DNA of 64,000 nt from Chiloscyllium plagiosum (taxonomy: Eukaryota), in the NCBI RefSeq assembly GCF_004010195.1, contig NC_057718.1:75151859-75215858 (forward strand), in the 5' to 3' direction. Of this stretch, positions 1-12,003 are shown one piece after another; position 1 is the first letter of the stretch, and each line of letters begins with the position of its first letter. The notes beneath the pieces were generated by a model, which saw only the letters and a list, made by a program, of their open reading frames with translations, was not told the origin of the DNA and searched no databases. The position numbers were made by a program, and so were the translations under genes.

Positions 1-51
1 GTTGATTCTCCTGCTCCTTGGATGCTGCCTGACCTGCTGCGCTTTTCTATC

Positions 52-1172
52 TTCCACCCTAAACATGTTAAAACAGCCATCCCCTATTCACAATCCCTAT
101 GCAGACACAAGATCTGTTCAGATGAGGAGGAACATGATGGACACCCGAAGGTGCTGAAGAGCACCCTTATAAGAATGGGATACAATGCTCAACTCATCGG
201 TTTCCAGTTTTAATGTGCCACAGCAAGAAACTGTAATTACCTCCTTAGAAGACAGACACAGGATACAACTGATAGGGTATCTTTCATCATCCAGTACTTT
301 CTGGGAGGGAAGAAACTATGCCATGTTCTTTGCAACTTGCAACACATTGTTGATGAGGATGAATACCTCACCAAGATCTTCCCTACACCTCCACTTCTTG
401 CTTTTAAACAACTGCCAATTCTTAAACAGATCATTGTTGGCAGCAAACTAGCCTTCAGGACAACATCTACCGTAACACCAGACAATCCTGTCATGGCAAC
501 CACGGCAAGACATGAGTGTGTGTGAAAGATCTCTCTTTCACACACACTCATGCGCATACCTTTTCACAGACATGTACTCTGTCACACTTGTGCGCTCACA
601 CTCAGATGCATGCACACATTCTCTGCCACACACACATTTTGCCTCTCCCTCTCTCCTACACAAGTCAGTGGGGTGAATTTGCAGTTGCAGATTTGTATTT
701 GAAGGTACATTCTATTTTGTTCAAAAAGCTATAGGTAGTCAATGTTGCATTTTATAAATTCCTACCTTGGAAATAAAATAGTCTGACTCCACGTTGGGAT
801 ACAGACAGACTCTAACCTCACACCTTTACTGTATGGTCTGAGCTGAGATGTCACTAAATCTTAAATTATCTCGAGAAGTGACTTGAAAGAAATTCTGAAA
901 TTCACATATTAATCAATCAAAACCTGCATCTCCATTCCAAGTTATTAGAGACTTAACAGCCATTAGGTTTGTCTAATATACCATATTACACTTTGATCCT
1001 TTACTTATAAATTCTGTGTTCTATATATCCTGCCCCACTAGCTACCTGATGAAGGAGCGGTGCTCTGAAAATTTGTATTTTCAAATAATCATTTGGACCA
1101 TAACCCAGTGTCATGTGTTTTTTAAACTTTGTCCACCCCAGTCCAACACCAGCATCTCCACATCATGGCTAC
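52..1172 (+). mobile_element. Penelope-like element 3' fragment (RT thumb, degraded endonuclease region, pLTR family A)
   Basis: KTAIPYSQSLCRHKICSDEEE resembles the PLE RT C-terminus. Ends in pLTR with a degenerate hammerhead (cctgatgaaggagcggtgctctgaaa, about 1045-1070) and tail cccagtccaacaccagcatctccacatcatg. A CA-rich tract interrupts it at 540-640. Confidence 0.75.
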
Positions 1173-1651
1173 CATTTGGGGAAGAAGGCCCCTTTTCACA
1201 GAATTGACAGCCAATCTAACTGGCCTCATTGTAGATGCTACATGACCTTAGTGATGCTGGAACTAGAGACAGAACTTGAAGACAAGGAGTTTTATACACT
1301 GAGAATTGCCCAGCATGGCAGAGCATCATATTAAACAGCTGGGAGGAGGGTTAAAGTGGCTTATGCTCTTGAGGGAATAGATGCCTGAAATGAGCACTAG
1401 GGGTCCTCAAAAAGAGTCACTCCATTGTCCAATACCAGCTCACTCAATTAAAACCTCCAGTCTCCATGCTAATCATGGCTGCCCCTACAATATGTAAAAT
1501 AGCACATGGTGGGTTGAGGCACCTGACCACTTATAGGCCCAAGGGTGGCAGAGCTGCTGATATCTTATACAGATAATTCTTCAATAATGCGATGGTTGTG
1601 TTCTTATGCAACCCAGCATTATATAATAAATTGTGCTTTAATATAGAGCCC

Positions 1652-1749
1652 TCCACTACCACCTGATGAAGGAGCAATTCTCCGAAAGCTAGTGTGCTTA
1701 AATTAAACCTGTTGGACTATAACCTGGTGTTGTGTATTTTTAACTTTGA
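1652..1749 (+). mobile_element. Solo PLE pLTR (family A) with hammerhead motif
   Basis: cac-ctgatga-aggagcaattctcc-gaaa-gc-ta-gtg followed by the sequence shared with 51555-51746 and 52053-52262. Confidence 0.75.
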
Positions 1750-1915
1750 GATTGTGAGAGCAAGATTTGTAGCTGGACACTGCGTGTGTTTCACAAGCAT
1801 GGTGCTATGATGTCCTCAATCTGTACTACGTGCTTGATTAATGCTATTGCCCATTGAAGTATCTTGCATTATTCACAGGCAGGATAAAAAGCTTGCAGCA
1901 CTCACACCAGGTGTG

Positions 1916-2230
1916 ATTAGATTAGATTACATTACATTACATTACAGTGTGGAAACAGGCCCTTCGGCCCAACAAGTCCACACTGACCCGCCGAAGCGCA
2001 ACCCACCCATACCCCTACATTTACCCCTTACCTAACACTACAGGCAATTTAGCATGGCCAATTCACCTAACCTACACATCTTTGGACTGTGGGAGGAAAC
2101 CGGAGCACCCGGAGAAAACCCACGCAGACACGGGGAGAATGAGCAAACTCCACACAGTCAGTCGCCTGAGGTGGGAATTGAACCCGGGTCTCTGGCGCTG
2201 TGAGGCAGCAGTGCTAACCACTGTGCCACC
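1916..2230 (-). mobile_element. HE1-type tRNA-derived SINE
   Basis: Minus strand ggtggcacagtggttagcactgctgcctcacagcgccag...gggttcaattcc (A/B boxes), conserved body, (AATCT)n tail. Confidence 0.9.
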
Positions 2231-2504
2231 TTCCACCCATTTTCCATTTGTAATGAGTACTTACAGTTTGCACAAGTACAGAAGACAACACAAACCATGC
2301 TTGGCAGAGTGAGCCGTATGCTCAGCCTGTTAGTTAATGGGCTCCCCAAACTCTCTTCCGTGCACATCCTATCAAGATCATTAGTATTGAGCTTTTACAC
2401 ATCTCTTTGATTTATGACTTAATCTCCCAACATTAGCCCCAAGACCTGACCTTCTTTGCAAGAATCTATTTCCCTCCATTTGCAATTATTGCCCCCTTTG
2501 TACT

Positions 2505-2870
2505 TTAGAATGATGCTTTCAATAGGAAGTGTTGCTGAACAAAGAGACCTTGGAGTGCAGGTTCATAGCTCTTTGACAGTGGAGTCGCAGGTAGGTATGA
2601 TAGTAAAGAAGGCGTTTGGTATGTTTTCTTTATTGGTCACAGTATTGAGTATAGGTGTTGAGAGGTCACGTTGCAGCTGTACAGGATATTGGTTAGCTCA
2701 ATTTTGGAATATTGCATGCAAATCTGGTCTCCTTACTATCAGAAAGATGGTATGAAACTTGAAAGGGTTCAGAAAATATTTACAAGAATGTTGCCAGGGT
2801 TGGAGGATTTGAGCTATAGGGCGAGGCTGAACAGGTTGGGGCTATTTTCCATGGAGCATCAGAGGCTGAG
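2505..2870 (+). mobile_element. CR1 LINE ORF2 3' fragment
   Basis: QRDLGVQV...LEYCMQIWSPY...LERVQKIFTRMLPGLEDLSYRARL; truncated by the Tx1 fragment. Confidence 0.85.
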
Positions 2871-3186
2871 GTGTCCACCAACACCCTGGAGTTGTTCAGG
2901 GAGAGGTGGGTGTCGCAGGGAGTGGAGTGCATTATTTCTCCCTCCAACTCTATTTTGATTTAGTCCCTACCCTCCCTTTCACTGTTTGATCACACAGCAT
3001 TGCCCTTTGATGTGAAGGGCACTGCTTGTCACTGGCCACTTGGGTGGTTTCTTTTCTTCCTGGTGGTGAAATTGAATAAAGACTCGTGCACCTTGTGTCT
3101 TACACCTGCACACACACAACATGGGTGTGGGAGAATAAATAAGCACTACCGCAGTTAGGCAGTAGTGTGGGGAAAGAAAAAAAAAA
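2871..3186 (+). mobile_element. Tx1 family A, 5'-truncated copy (ORF2 end, 3'UTR, polyA)
   Basis: Aligns to 9363-9693; AATAAA, terminal hairpin and A-tail. Confidence 0.9.
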
Positions 3187-3285
3187 TAGGATTGTCAAAC
3201 ATCCTCACACTCAGAGCTGGCTCTTGAGGGAGCTGGATCAGTGTCAAGGACTCTCCTTGTTTGTATCAAGAGGGGGGGGACTGAT
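3184..3285 (+). repeat. Gypsy LTR-like segment starting at the TATA-box A-run
   Basis: agagctggctcttgagggagctggatcagtgtcaaggactctccttgt aligns to the reverse complement of 25681-25760. Confidence 0.8.
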
Positions 3286-3656
3286 TCTGAACTAGCTGGC
3301 CCACAGATAATGTATGAGGAGAGGAGAGGGGGAAGGGGAAGGGGAAAGGGGAAAGGGGAAAGGGAAAAGGGAAAAAATCGAATCGAACCCTGGGCCTGCT
3401 TCTTGTGCTGCAGACTGGGCCTTGCCCACAACTGTCCCAACCGCTGCTGCCACCTGAGGCCTATCTCCACTGCCGGTCCTTGAGACCTCGCCTGAACCTG
3501 CCTCTGCTATTGCTGCTTGGGACCTGCCTCACTACTGCTGCCTGGGACTTGCCTTGGGCCCCTCCCAAGACCTCCACTGCTGCTGTGGGGCCCCACCTGG
3601 ATGTAGACTACAGCTGTTTCCTGGGGCCTACCTCCACCAGTATCCATCAGCACAGC

Positions 3657-5938
3657 ATGGCGAGCCCCAAGACCGCGGGCCCCAGTCGCACCCATGCTGG
3701 GGTAGCCGCTGCCTTAGGCTCAGCTGCTTCAGCCCCGGCTGCAACCCTGACCCCCTTCATGCACCTGACTAAACGCCTGGGGGTCAAGGCCTACCCCCAC
3801 CCGAACATGACTACTGAAGCCTGCAGTCAGGCCATGGCTAGTGTGGTCGGCCCATGGCCATCGTCGCTGCAGCCAGAATGTATGGGTAGGCCGTATTTTC
3901 CCTCCAGACCAAGGAGGCGGTCCACCTGGCCGTGGAGAGGAGGCTCATTGTGGGCAGTACACACCTACCCGTCGACCCTTTGGAGGTCACAGCCCAGAGG
4001 GTTGTGATCTCCAATGTCCCGCCCTTCATTGCCAGTGAGGTCCTTCTCCCCCACCTCAACATCTTGGGGGAAATCCGGTCGGGTGTCCAACCGCCCCTGC
4101 TCGGTCTCAAGGACCCTGCCCTCCGGCATATTTACTCCTTCTGACACCAGGTGTTTATTTGTCTGGCCCGGGAGGAGGTCATCTAGGACTCATTTACCTT
4201 CCTCCATGAGGGTGCGGCCTACCGTGTCTTCTGGACGGCGGACGGCATGCGGTGCCACCTGTGCCGTGAGGTGGGGCACATAAGAAAGAACTGCCCCACC
4301 CAGAAGGCTGCCCAACCCACGTCAACAGCTGTGGGTGGCACTGCCACACCCACTCCCCCTCCCCCAAAGTCAACACCACAAGCCCTGGCAACAGGGGCTA
4401 AGCCGGAGGCTTCCAGTGCCTTGGCCTCTGGCAGGAAGGGGGGGTGAGCATCCGGCCGGACAGAAGGCTCAAAAGAAGACACATCATGCCAAGCCTGCCC
4501 CCGTGGAGACAACCACATCACCTTCCCCAAAAATGGACCCTCGACCTGCCCCACCCTGGCATGACAATGCCCCTGCGGCCATGTCAGCGTTGTCCCGGCG
4601 CAGGAACCCTGACCCCCAACCCTCCATATCCATGCCTGATCCCTGCCCTGCTGCACCTACTGACCCCATGCCCAACCCCCGCCCCTTTACAGAACCCCCT
4701 GGGGCACCACTGCCTGATCCTGGCCCTTCAACACCTGGCTCATGGGTCCCTGAGTCCAGGCCCTGCCCCACCCAGCTAGACCCGTGCACTGACCTTGGGG
4801 AACCTGCCGCTGAGCTCCATCCAGCAGCAGCTGTGTCTCTAGGCCCTGGGCAGGAAACTGGACCCCTACCCCGCTTACCATCACCTGATAAACCAGGGGC
4901 AAGACAGGAAGTGACACAGCTGGCTCTCCCGACCCTGGTCACGTCCCCTGCCTTCCCCCAGCCAATCGTTTTCTGTCAAAAGCTGGGGGGAGGAGCCTCA
5001 GGCCCCATGACCATCAGGGCTGGTGGGGAGAGGAGAGCATTCCCCATGGGCACTGCCTCCTCGGGGAAGAGGCGCCGTCTCCTGGAGGGAGAGGACTTCC
5101 CTGTGGCCAGCTGAAGACGGTACCCCTCACACGTGGTGCACCCGTGACACCTCTCGCCTGTCTCGCATCGCGGCCTGATCCACCTGGAGCCCCGGGAGTC
5201 ACAGCAGAATCGCCTGGTGCCCCCATACCACCGGCCCCTTGGGACGAGCCTGACGGTGTGGGTCACAAGTTTGATAAATTTAATACCGCTGGATCATCGA
5301 ACGGTGGAGGGGAGGAAGGTGTTATCCTCGCTCCTCCCTCCCAGACTGTTTTTCTGGGGGCCTTGGCCCTGGGGGAAGACCATTTCCCCGAGGAGCCAGG
5401 TGTCCCGGTGTCGGGAGGGGAGCGGGGCCCTGAGCCTCTGCCACCCGACGACCCGAACTCGGGGCATTCTGGGAAGGGGTGCACTAAAGAAGTTACCGCT
5501 GGTGACCCTGGGGGTGAGGTCGCCGGGGGTTTGAGGCCAGTTGGCAGTGCCGGACCAGCCCCCACTCTCACGGTGGGGGAGGGGTCGGTGACCGAGGGCG
5601 ACTTTCCGGAGGAGGGTACAGGATCAGTGGTGGACACCGGGGACAACACGGACTCCGTCTCCAGCGAGGTTTTTGAGTCCCAGGTGCCCCACACCGATCT
5701 CCCCCTCATCCCCATTGAGGAACTCCAGGAATTTGTCGAGGAAACTCTGAGTCACCGGAATAGAGCCCAACTGGCGCACGACCGCTGGAGCTCCTTTGAG
5801 AGTAGACACTGGTCGGCCCACGCTGCTCGCCAGGTGCCTGTGCTCGACGTGAGCGAGCGAAAGTGAGTCAGGAACTTCCTGGGGGCGCTCCTGCTGAGGG
5901 CGAGGGACTTCTGTGCCCCTCCCTCGTCCTCCCAGTAA
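3657..5938 (+). pseudogene. Tx1 ORF1 (gag-like, zinc knuckle), frameshifted
   Basis: MASPKT...LTKRLGVKAYPHP, RVVISNVPPFI, RCHLCREVGHIRKNCP (about 4250-4295), long Pro-rich tail; several frameshifts and stops. Confidence 0.85.
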
Positions 5939-5988
5939 ATGTATAGAGTTTGTAACTGTACTGGTGGTGGTTGCACAGTTCTGCTGAC

Positions 5989-8900
5989 ATGAAGACAACT
6001 ATAGCCAGCCTCAACGTCAAAGGCAGCAGGGAGTCTCAGCGCAGATTCCAGACCCTCTCGGTCCTTCGGGATGGGAGGTATGCGGTGTGCTTCCTGCAAA
6101 GAACCCACACTACCCCGGGAGATGAAACCACCTGGCTCCTGGAGTGGCAAGGAGGGGTCTACATGAGTCACCTCACCCGAAGATCTGGCGGGGTGGCTAT
6201 CCTGTTGGCCCCACATTTTCAAGCGGAGATCTTGGGGGTCAGGGAGCCTGTGCCAGGCCGTTTGCTTAACTTGACGGTTCGGCTGGGGGGCGCGGTGCTT
6301 CACTTCGTGAACGTCTATGCTCCCCTGGCCGGGCCGAGGCAAGTGAGCTTCTATGGAGAAATGTCCGCTCATCTCGCCTCCATCGATAAGAGCCAGTGCA
6401 TCGTCCTCGGGGGACAGGGACCACGTTGGTGCCTGGACTGGTTGGGCGTCGGGGAGGAGGTTGGGGACTTGGTCAAGTCCTTCGACCTGGTGGACGCCTG
6501 GCGGAATCTCCATCCTGATTCCATCGCCTGGAGGCCTGGAGTCGGAGCGTCCAGAATTGATCGCCTGTACGTTTTGCGGGCGTATGCCTCCTGTTTTCCA
6601 ACGGCCTCCAAAGCAGCAGGTGTCGTGCACGGACCATCACCTGGTGTGGGCGGAACTCCTTCCGTTCGGCGCCAGGCTCGGCTCCGCGTACTGGCACTTT
6701 AACAACCTGCTGCTGGAGGACGAGCAGTTCCGGGACTCATTTCATCATTTCTGGGCCGACTGGAGAAGGAAATGGGGAAGCTTCCCCTCCCTGAGGCTTG
6801 GTGGGACATAGGCAAGGCTCATGTCCACGTTTTCTGTCAGGAGTATGTGAGCGGGTCGACAAAGAGGCAGAAATCCAGGATTGAGGAATTGGAGACCGGC
6901 TCTCGGGGGGCAAAACCCCGGGGCTGGACGGGCTGACTGTGGAGTTCTTCTGGGCGTTCTGGGACGTCCTGGGGAGCGACAACACACAGGTCCTGGGGGA
7001 GTGTCTAAATGCTGGAGAGCTGCCCCTTTTTTGGTGCAGGGCGGTCATCGTCCTGCTGCCGAAGAAGGGGGACCTTTGTTCTTTGAAGAACTGGCGTCCG
7101 GTCTCCCTCCTCAGCACGGATTACAAAATCTTTGCCAGGGTGTTGTATTCTCTCCTGGCCTCCGTGCTAGCCCACATGATTCACCCGGACCAGTCCTACA
7201 CGGCCCCGGGCCGGAGGATACACGACAACGTCCACCTGGTCCCGGACCTGATCCATTTCTGTCGACGGGCTGGTCTGCCGAGCGCCTTCCTGTCTCTCGA
7301 CCAGGAGAAGGCGTTCGACAGGGTCGATCACGAGTACCTGCTCGGGACTCTGCGGGCATTCGGGTTCGGGATGTAGTTCATCGCCCGGATCCAACTTTTG
7401 TACGCCGCCGCAGAGTGTCTGGTTAAAGTTAACGGGTCCCTGACGGCGCCCCTTCGCTTCGGGAGAGGAGTGCGTCAAGGCTGCCCCCTGTACGGCCAGC
7501 TGTATTCCCTGTGCGTGGAACCTTTCCTGGGCCTCTTGCGGAGGAGGTTGTCGGGGCTGGTTCTGCGCGGCATGGGCACGGGGGTGGTCCTCTCGGTCTA
7601 CGCCGATGACGTGCTCCTCACTTTCACCGACCCGGCTGACCTGACGTGCTCCTCACTTTCACCGACCCGGCTGACCTGGGGAGGATGTGCGAGTGCCAGG
7701 CCGTGTATCGGCGGCGTCTTCTGCCAGAATCAACTGGGCCAAGTGTTCCGGACTACTGGTCGGTCCGTGGCGGGTGGACTCCCTGCCGGAGGAGTTACGG
7801 GGGTTCAGCTGGAGTACCACCCATCTCCTCTACCTGGGGGTCTACCTCAGCCCGGCTGAGGAATCCTGGCCGGCCAACTGGCAGGAGCTGGAGGCCAAAG
7901 TCTCGGCTCGCCTAGGCCGCTGGACAGGACTGCTCCGAGTGCTATCTTACAGGAGTCGAGTGCTGGTCATAAACCAGCTGGTGGCCGCCATGCTGTGGTA
8001 CCGGCTGGTCACTTTGGTCCCTCCTCCTGGCTTTGTCGCTGACATCCAGAGAACGTTGGTCGACTTCTTCTGGGACAAAAACATGCACTGGGTCGCCGCG
8101 CAGGTTCTGAGTCTCCCTATCGCGGAGGGCGGTCAGTCGCTGGTGTGCGTCCGCACCCAGGTAACGACGTTCCGCCTTCAGACCTTGCGGCGATACCTTT
8201 ACGTCGAGCCTCCTCCTAGGTGGTGCGCCCTGGCGACGTATTTTTTCCGCCAGGTGCGTAACCTCAACTACGACACGCAGCTCCTGTTCGTCGACTGTGA
8301 CGGTTTGGAGGTCGCCCTCAAGACGCTGCCTGTCTTTTACCAGGACCTGATCACTGTCTGGAACATGGTCGAATCGCGTCGCGCCTACCCTCCGGCTGGA
8401 GTAGCGGCTGTCGTCAGGGAGCCGTTGCTCAGGAATCCGCACCTCCGTACTCGCGGGTTCGAGTGGCTGTCGGAGGGGAGGGCCGTGGCGGTGAGGGTGA
8501 CCCGGGTCGGGGACGTACTGGGGGCCGGGGGCCTGGGCTGGACGCTGCCGCAGGACATAGCGAGCAGGGCAGCGGTAGAGGTCCGGTACATGGCCACTGT
8601 CATCCGACGCCTCAAAACGGCGGTGCTCGGACCCGACGTAGTGCACCAGTTGGAGGACGCTCAGGTGTGCGGTGGGATCCCGTCCGTGCTCACCCCAGCC
8701 CGGACGGAATTTCACATTGGCCCCAAGGTCCCGTATTTCCCGCGAGAGCCTGTGCCCCACAACCTGAGCCGCCTCCGGAGTTTTAGTTTAGTCCCTTTTA
8801 AGGACATAAAAAGGAGGGCCCTGTATCGACTGCTGCTGCACACTGTCCACCTCTTCTTCCCCAGCCACTGTCCGGACACATCTTGGCATACCCATTTACC

Positions 8901-9456
8901 ACTGGGCGGTGGGGATCCCCAGTGGAGGGCTCTCTATGCGGGAGTCCTCCTCCTTTCTCTCGGGGATCTGGGGTGGAGGGTGCTGCACGCAGCAGTCCCC
9001 TGCAACCCCAGATTGCGGTGGTTCACGGACTCCCAGTCCAACTGCTTGTTCTGTGGCGCTGTGGAGTCCGTGGACCACGTGTATATTGGGTCTGGGCGTT
9101 TGCACTCCCTTTTTGATTTCCTCAAAAACCTACCTCTCTGTTTTTGGTTGCATTTCAGTCCCACGCTCCTGATCTTCGGGCACCCGGTACGGAGGAAGGA
9201 GGGCAGGTCTGAAGACCTCCTCGTGGGTCTGCTCCTGGGCCTGGCCAAACTGGCAATAAACACATCCAGGCAGCGGGCCGTGGAGGGGGTCGTTAGGGCC
9301 GACTGCCTGCCCCTCTTCCGTGGTTACGTTAGGGCCCGGGTGTCCTTGGAGAAGGAGCACGCGGTGTCGACCAACACCCTGGAGTTGTTCAGGGAGAGGT
9401 GGGCGCCGCAGGGAGTGGAGTGCATTATTTCTCCCTCCAACTCTATTTTGATTTAA
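5989..9456 (+). pseudogene. Tx1 ORF2 (APE endonuclease + reverse transcriptase), disrupted
   Basis: MKTTIASLNVKG, SRIDRLY, NWRPVSLLSTDYKIF, LDQEKAFDRVDH, GVRQGCPL, YADD, CLFCGAVESVDH. Apparent deletion near 6900, stop at 7374, 35-bp tandem duplication at 7607-7676. Confidence 0.92.
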
Positions 9457-9736
9457 TCCTTGCCCTCCCCTTCGCTCTTTGATCACACAGCATTGCCCTT
9501 TGATGTGAAGGGCACTGCTTGTCACTGGCCACCCGAGTGTTTTCCTAACTTCCTGGTGGTGGAAATTGAATAAAGATTTGTGCACCTTGTGTCTCTCACT
9601 GTGTCTCACACCTGCACACACACAACATGGGTGCTGGGGAAAATATAAGCACTACCGCAGTTCAGCGGCAGTGTGGGTGTTTTAAAAAAAAAATCAACAG
9701 GACTGTCAGTGGAAAGAAAACAAATTATAAAATGGA

Positions 9737-10066
9737 ATGTCTGGAGAAAGAGCATGCAGTGTTCACCAAAACCCTTGAGCTGTTCAGGGACATGTGGACA
9801 CCGCAGGGAGTGGAGTGTATGATTTCCCCCTCCAACTCTATTTGATTTAATCCCTGCCCCCCCCCCCCCGGTCACTGTTTGATCATGCAGCATTGCCCCC
9901 TAAGAAGGGCACTGCTTGTCAGTGGCTACTTGGGTGTTTCCTTTCTTCTTGGTGGTGGAAATTGAATAAAGATTAGTACACCTTGTGTCTCTCACTGTGT
10001 TTCACACTTGCACACACACAACATGGCTGCTAAGAAGGAAAAAAGATAAAAGGAAGGAAGAAAAAA
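9737..10066 (+). mobile_element. Tx1 family A, older 5'-truncated copy
   Basis: Aligns to 9345-9640; flanked by aaaatggaatgtc (about 9729-9741) and aaaatggagtgtc (10064-10076). Confidence 0.85.
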
Positions 10067-10181
10067 ATGGAGTGTCAGAGATACTGCCACTGACAGTTGA
10101 CACGGACTGAGGCAGTACTAAAAGTCAAGGACTATTCATTTGTAAATAAGACGGGATAGTGTCTGCTATGGAGTCATTTCA
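10064..10181 (+). repeat. 3' half of a Gypsy LTR (TATA region to ...atttCA)
   Basis: ggagtgtcagagatactgc...gtcaaggact...tgtaaataa...gggata...ctatggagtcatttca aligns to the reverse complement of 25628-25760. Confidence 0.75.
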
Positions 10182-10309
10182 ATGGGAATGCCCTATGGAG
10201 GAGAGTTTGAAGAGACTGCACCTGTATTCTCTGAAATTTAGAATGAGAGGTGCTCTCATAGAAACATTCTTAAAAGGGATAGGCACAATAGGTGCAGAAA
10301 GATGTTGCC

Positions 10310-12002
10310 TTACAGACTAATCAAGAAACAGTCTGACATCATCATACTCACAAAATCAAACCTTACCAGACAATGTCCTAGACACCAACCTCACCATCCC
10401 TTGATATGTGTCCCTCAGGAAGTTCAGACTCAGAGGTAGCAGCACAGTGAAATACAGTCAGGAGGGAGTTGTCCTGGGAGTCTTCAACATTGACTCTGGA
10501 CTTCATGAAGTCTTGTGGCTTCAGGTTAAACATGGGCAAGGAAACCTCTTGCTGATTACCACATAGTATTCCCCCTTGGCTGATGAATCAGTACTCCTCC
10601 ATGTTGAACACAACTTAGGGGAAGCTCTGAGGATGGGAAGGGAACAAAATGTATTCTGGGTAAGGGATTTTAATGTCCATCACCAAGAGTGGCTGACCAG
10701 CAGTACTACTGGTCAGGATTTAATTGACATAGTTACTAGATTGGATCTGCAACAGGTACTAAGGGAACTAACAAGAGGGAAGAACATAGTTGACCTCATC
10801 CTCACCAATCTCTTGGCTGTAGATGCATTTGTCCGTAATAGTATCGGGCAAGAGTGACCACCTCTTTGTGGAGATGAAGTCTTGCCTTCATATTGAGAAT
10901 AACCTCCATTGTGTTGTGTGGCATTATCACCATGCTAAACGGAACTGACATTGAACAGATCTAGCAACTCAAGACGGGCATCCATGAGGCACTGTAGACC
11001 ATCAACAGTACTCCAGCACAGTCTGTAACCTCATGGCCTGGTATAACCCCTATGCCAGGAGCAGCACCAGGCAATATGAAGTTAGGTGTCAACTTAGTGA
11101 AGCTACCAACAGGGCTTACTTGCATGTCAAGCAGCATAAGCAGCAAGTGATAGACAAAGTTAAACGATCCCACAACCAAAGGATCAGATGTAAGCTCTGC
11201 AGTGCTACCACATCCAGTTGTGAATGGTAGTGGTCAATTAAACAACTCATTGGAGGAGGAGGATCCACAAAGATCCACATTCTCAATGATGGAGGAGTCC
11301 AGCACATCAGTGCAAAAGTTAAGGCTGAAGCTTTCACAGCAATCTTCAGCCAGAAGTGCTGAGTGGATGATCCATCTCGGCTTCCTCCAGTGGTCCCCAG
11401 CATCACAGATACTAGTCTTCAGCCAATAGTGCTCAGGACTCATACTGCAGAATATGCAGCTCCCCGAGCAAGGCTGTTCCAGTACAGTTACAATACTGGC
11501 AACTATGTGGAATACTGCCCAGGTATGTACAAAGCAGGACAAATCCAACCCAGCCAATTACAGCCCCATTAGTCTACTCTTGACCATCAGTGGGGCGGCA
11601 CAGTGGTTCAGTGGTTAGCACTGCAGCTTCACAGCACCAGGGTCCCAAGTTTGATTCCAGTCTCGGGTAATTATCTGTGTGGAGTTTGCACATTCTCCCC
11701 ATGTCTGCATGAGTTTCCTCCAAGTGCTCCGGTTTCCTCCCACGATCCAAAGATGTGCAGGTCAGGTGAATTGGCCATGCTAACTTGCCCATAGTGTTAG
11801 ATGCATTAGTCAGAGGTGGGTTACTCTTCGGAGGGTCGGTGTGGACTGGTTGGGCCGAAGGGCCTGTTTCCACACTGTAGGGAATCTAGTCTAATCTAAA
11901 GTAATGGAAGGTGCTATCAAGCAGCACCTGTGTACAGCAATAATCTGCTCAGTGACACCAGGGCTACTCAGCTCCGGATGTCACTACAGCCTTGGTTCAA
12001 AC
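10310..12002 (+). mobile_element. L2/CR1-group LINE, endonuclease-RT fragments (old)
   Basis: RDFNVHHQEW, TRGKNIVDLILTNL and YSPISLL-like motifs; interrupted by an HE1 SINE. Confidence 0.7.
11592..11898 (+). mobile_element. HE1-type SINE
   Basis: tRNA-like head ggcggcacagtggttcagtggttagcactgc, conserved body, aatct tail. Confidence 0.88.
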
Positions 12003-12003
12003 C

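Larger units (their letters stand above)
3198..9693 (+). mobile_element. Near full-length Tx1-clade non-LTR retrotransposon (family A), young and CpG-rich but disrupted
   Basis: ORF1 with CCHC knuckle, ORF2 with APE endonuclease, RT (YADD) and C-terminal Cys/His motif, 3'UTR and polyA. The 5' boundary is uncertain (3198-3300). Confidence 0.92.

Noticed and set aside
4200..9621. Long antisense and alternate-frame ORFs (e.g. 5752-6630, 7942-8760)
   Set aside because: Shadow ORFs of GC-rich Tx1 coding sequence with no independent motifs.
2871..9693. Direct repeats 2871-3186 and 9363-9693 as LTRs of an LTR element
   Set aside because: They include the ORF2 end, end in polyA, lack TG..CA, PBS and PPT, and are diverged. 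They are separate 5'-truncated Tx1 copies.
2851..10080. atggagcatcagag / atggagtgtcagag as a TSD around the whole Tx1 block
   Set aside because: The left copy is ordinary CR1 sequence and the right copy continues as LTR, not CR1. At most this is a target-like site.
11592..11670. tRNA genes at SINE heads (also 2170-2230, 46980-47080, 62666-62735)
   Set aside because: They have A/B boxes only and run directly into SINE bodies; no complete cloverleaf.
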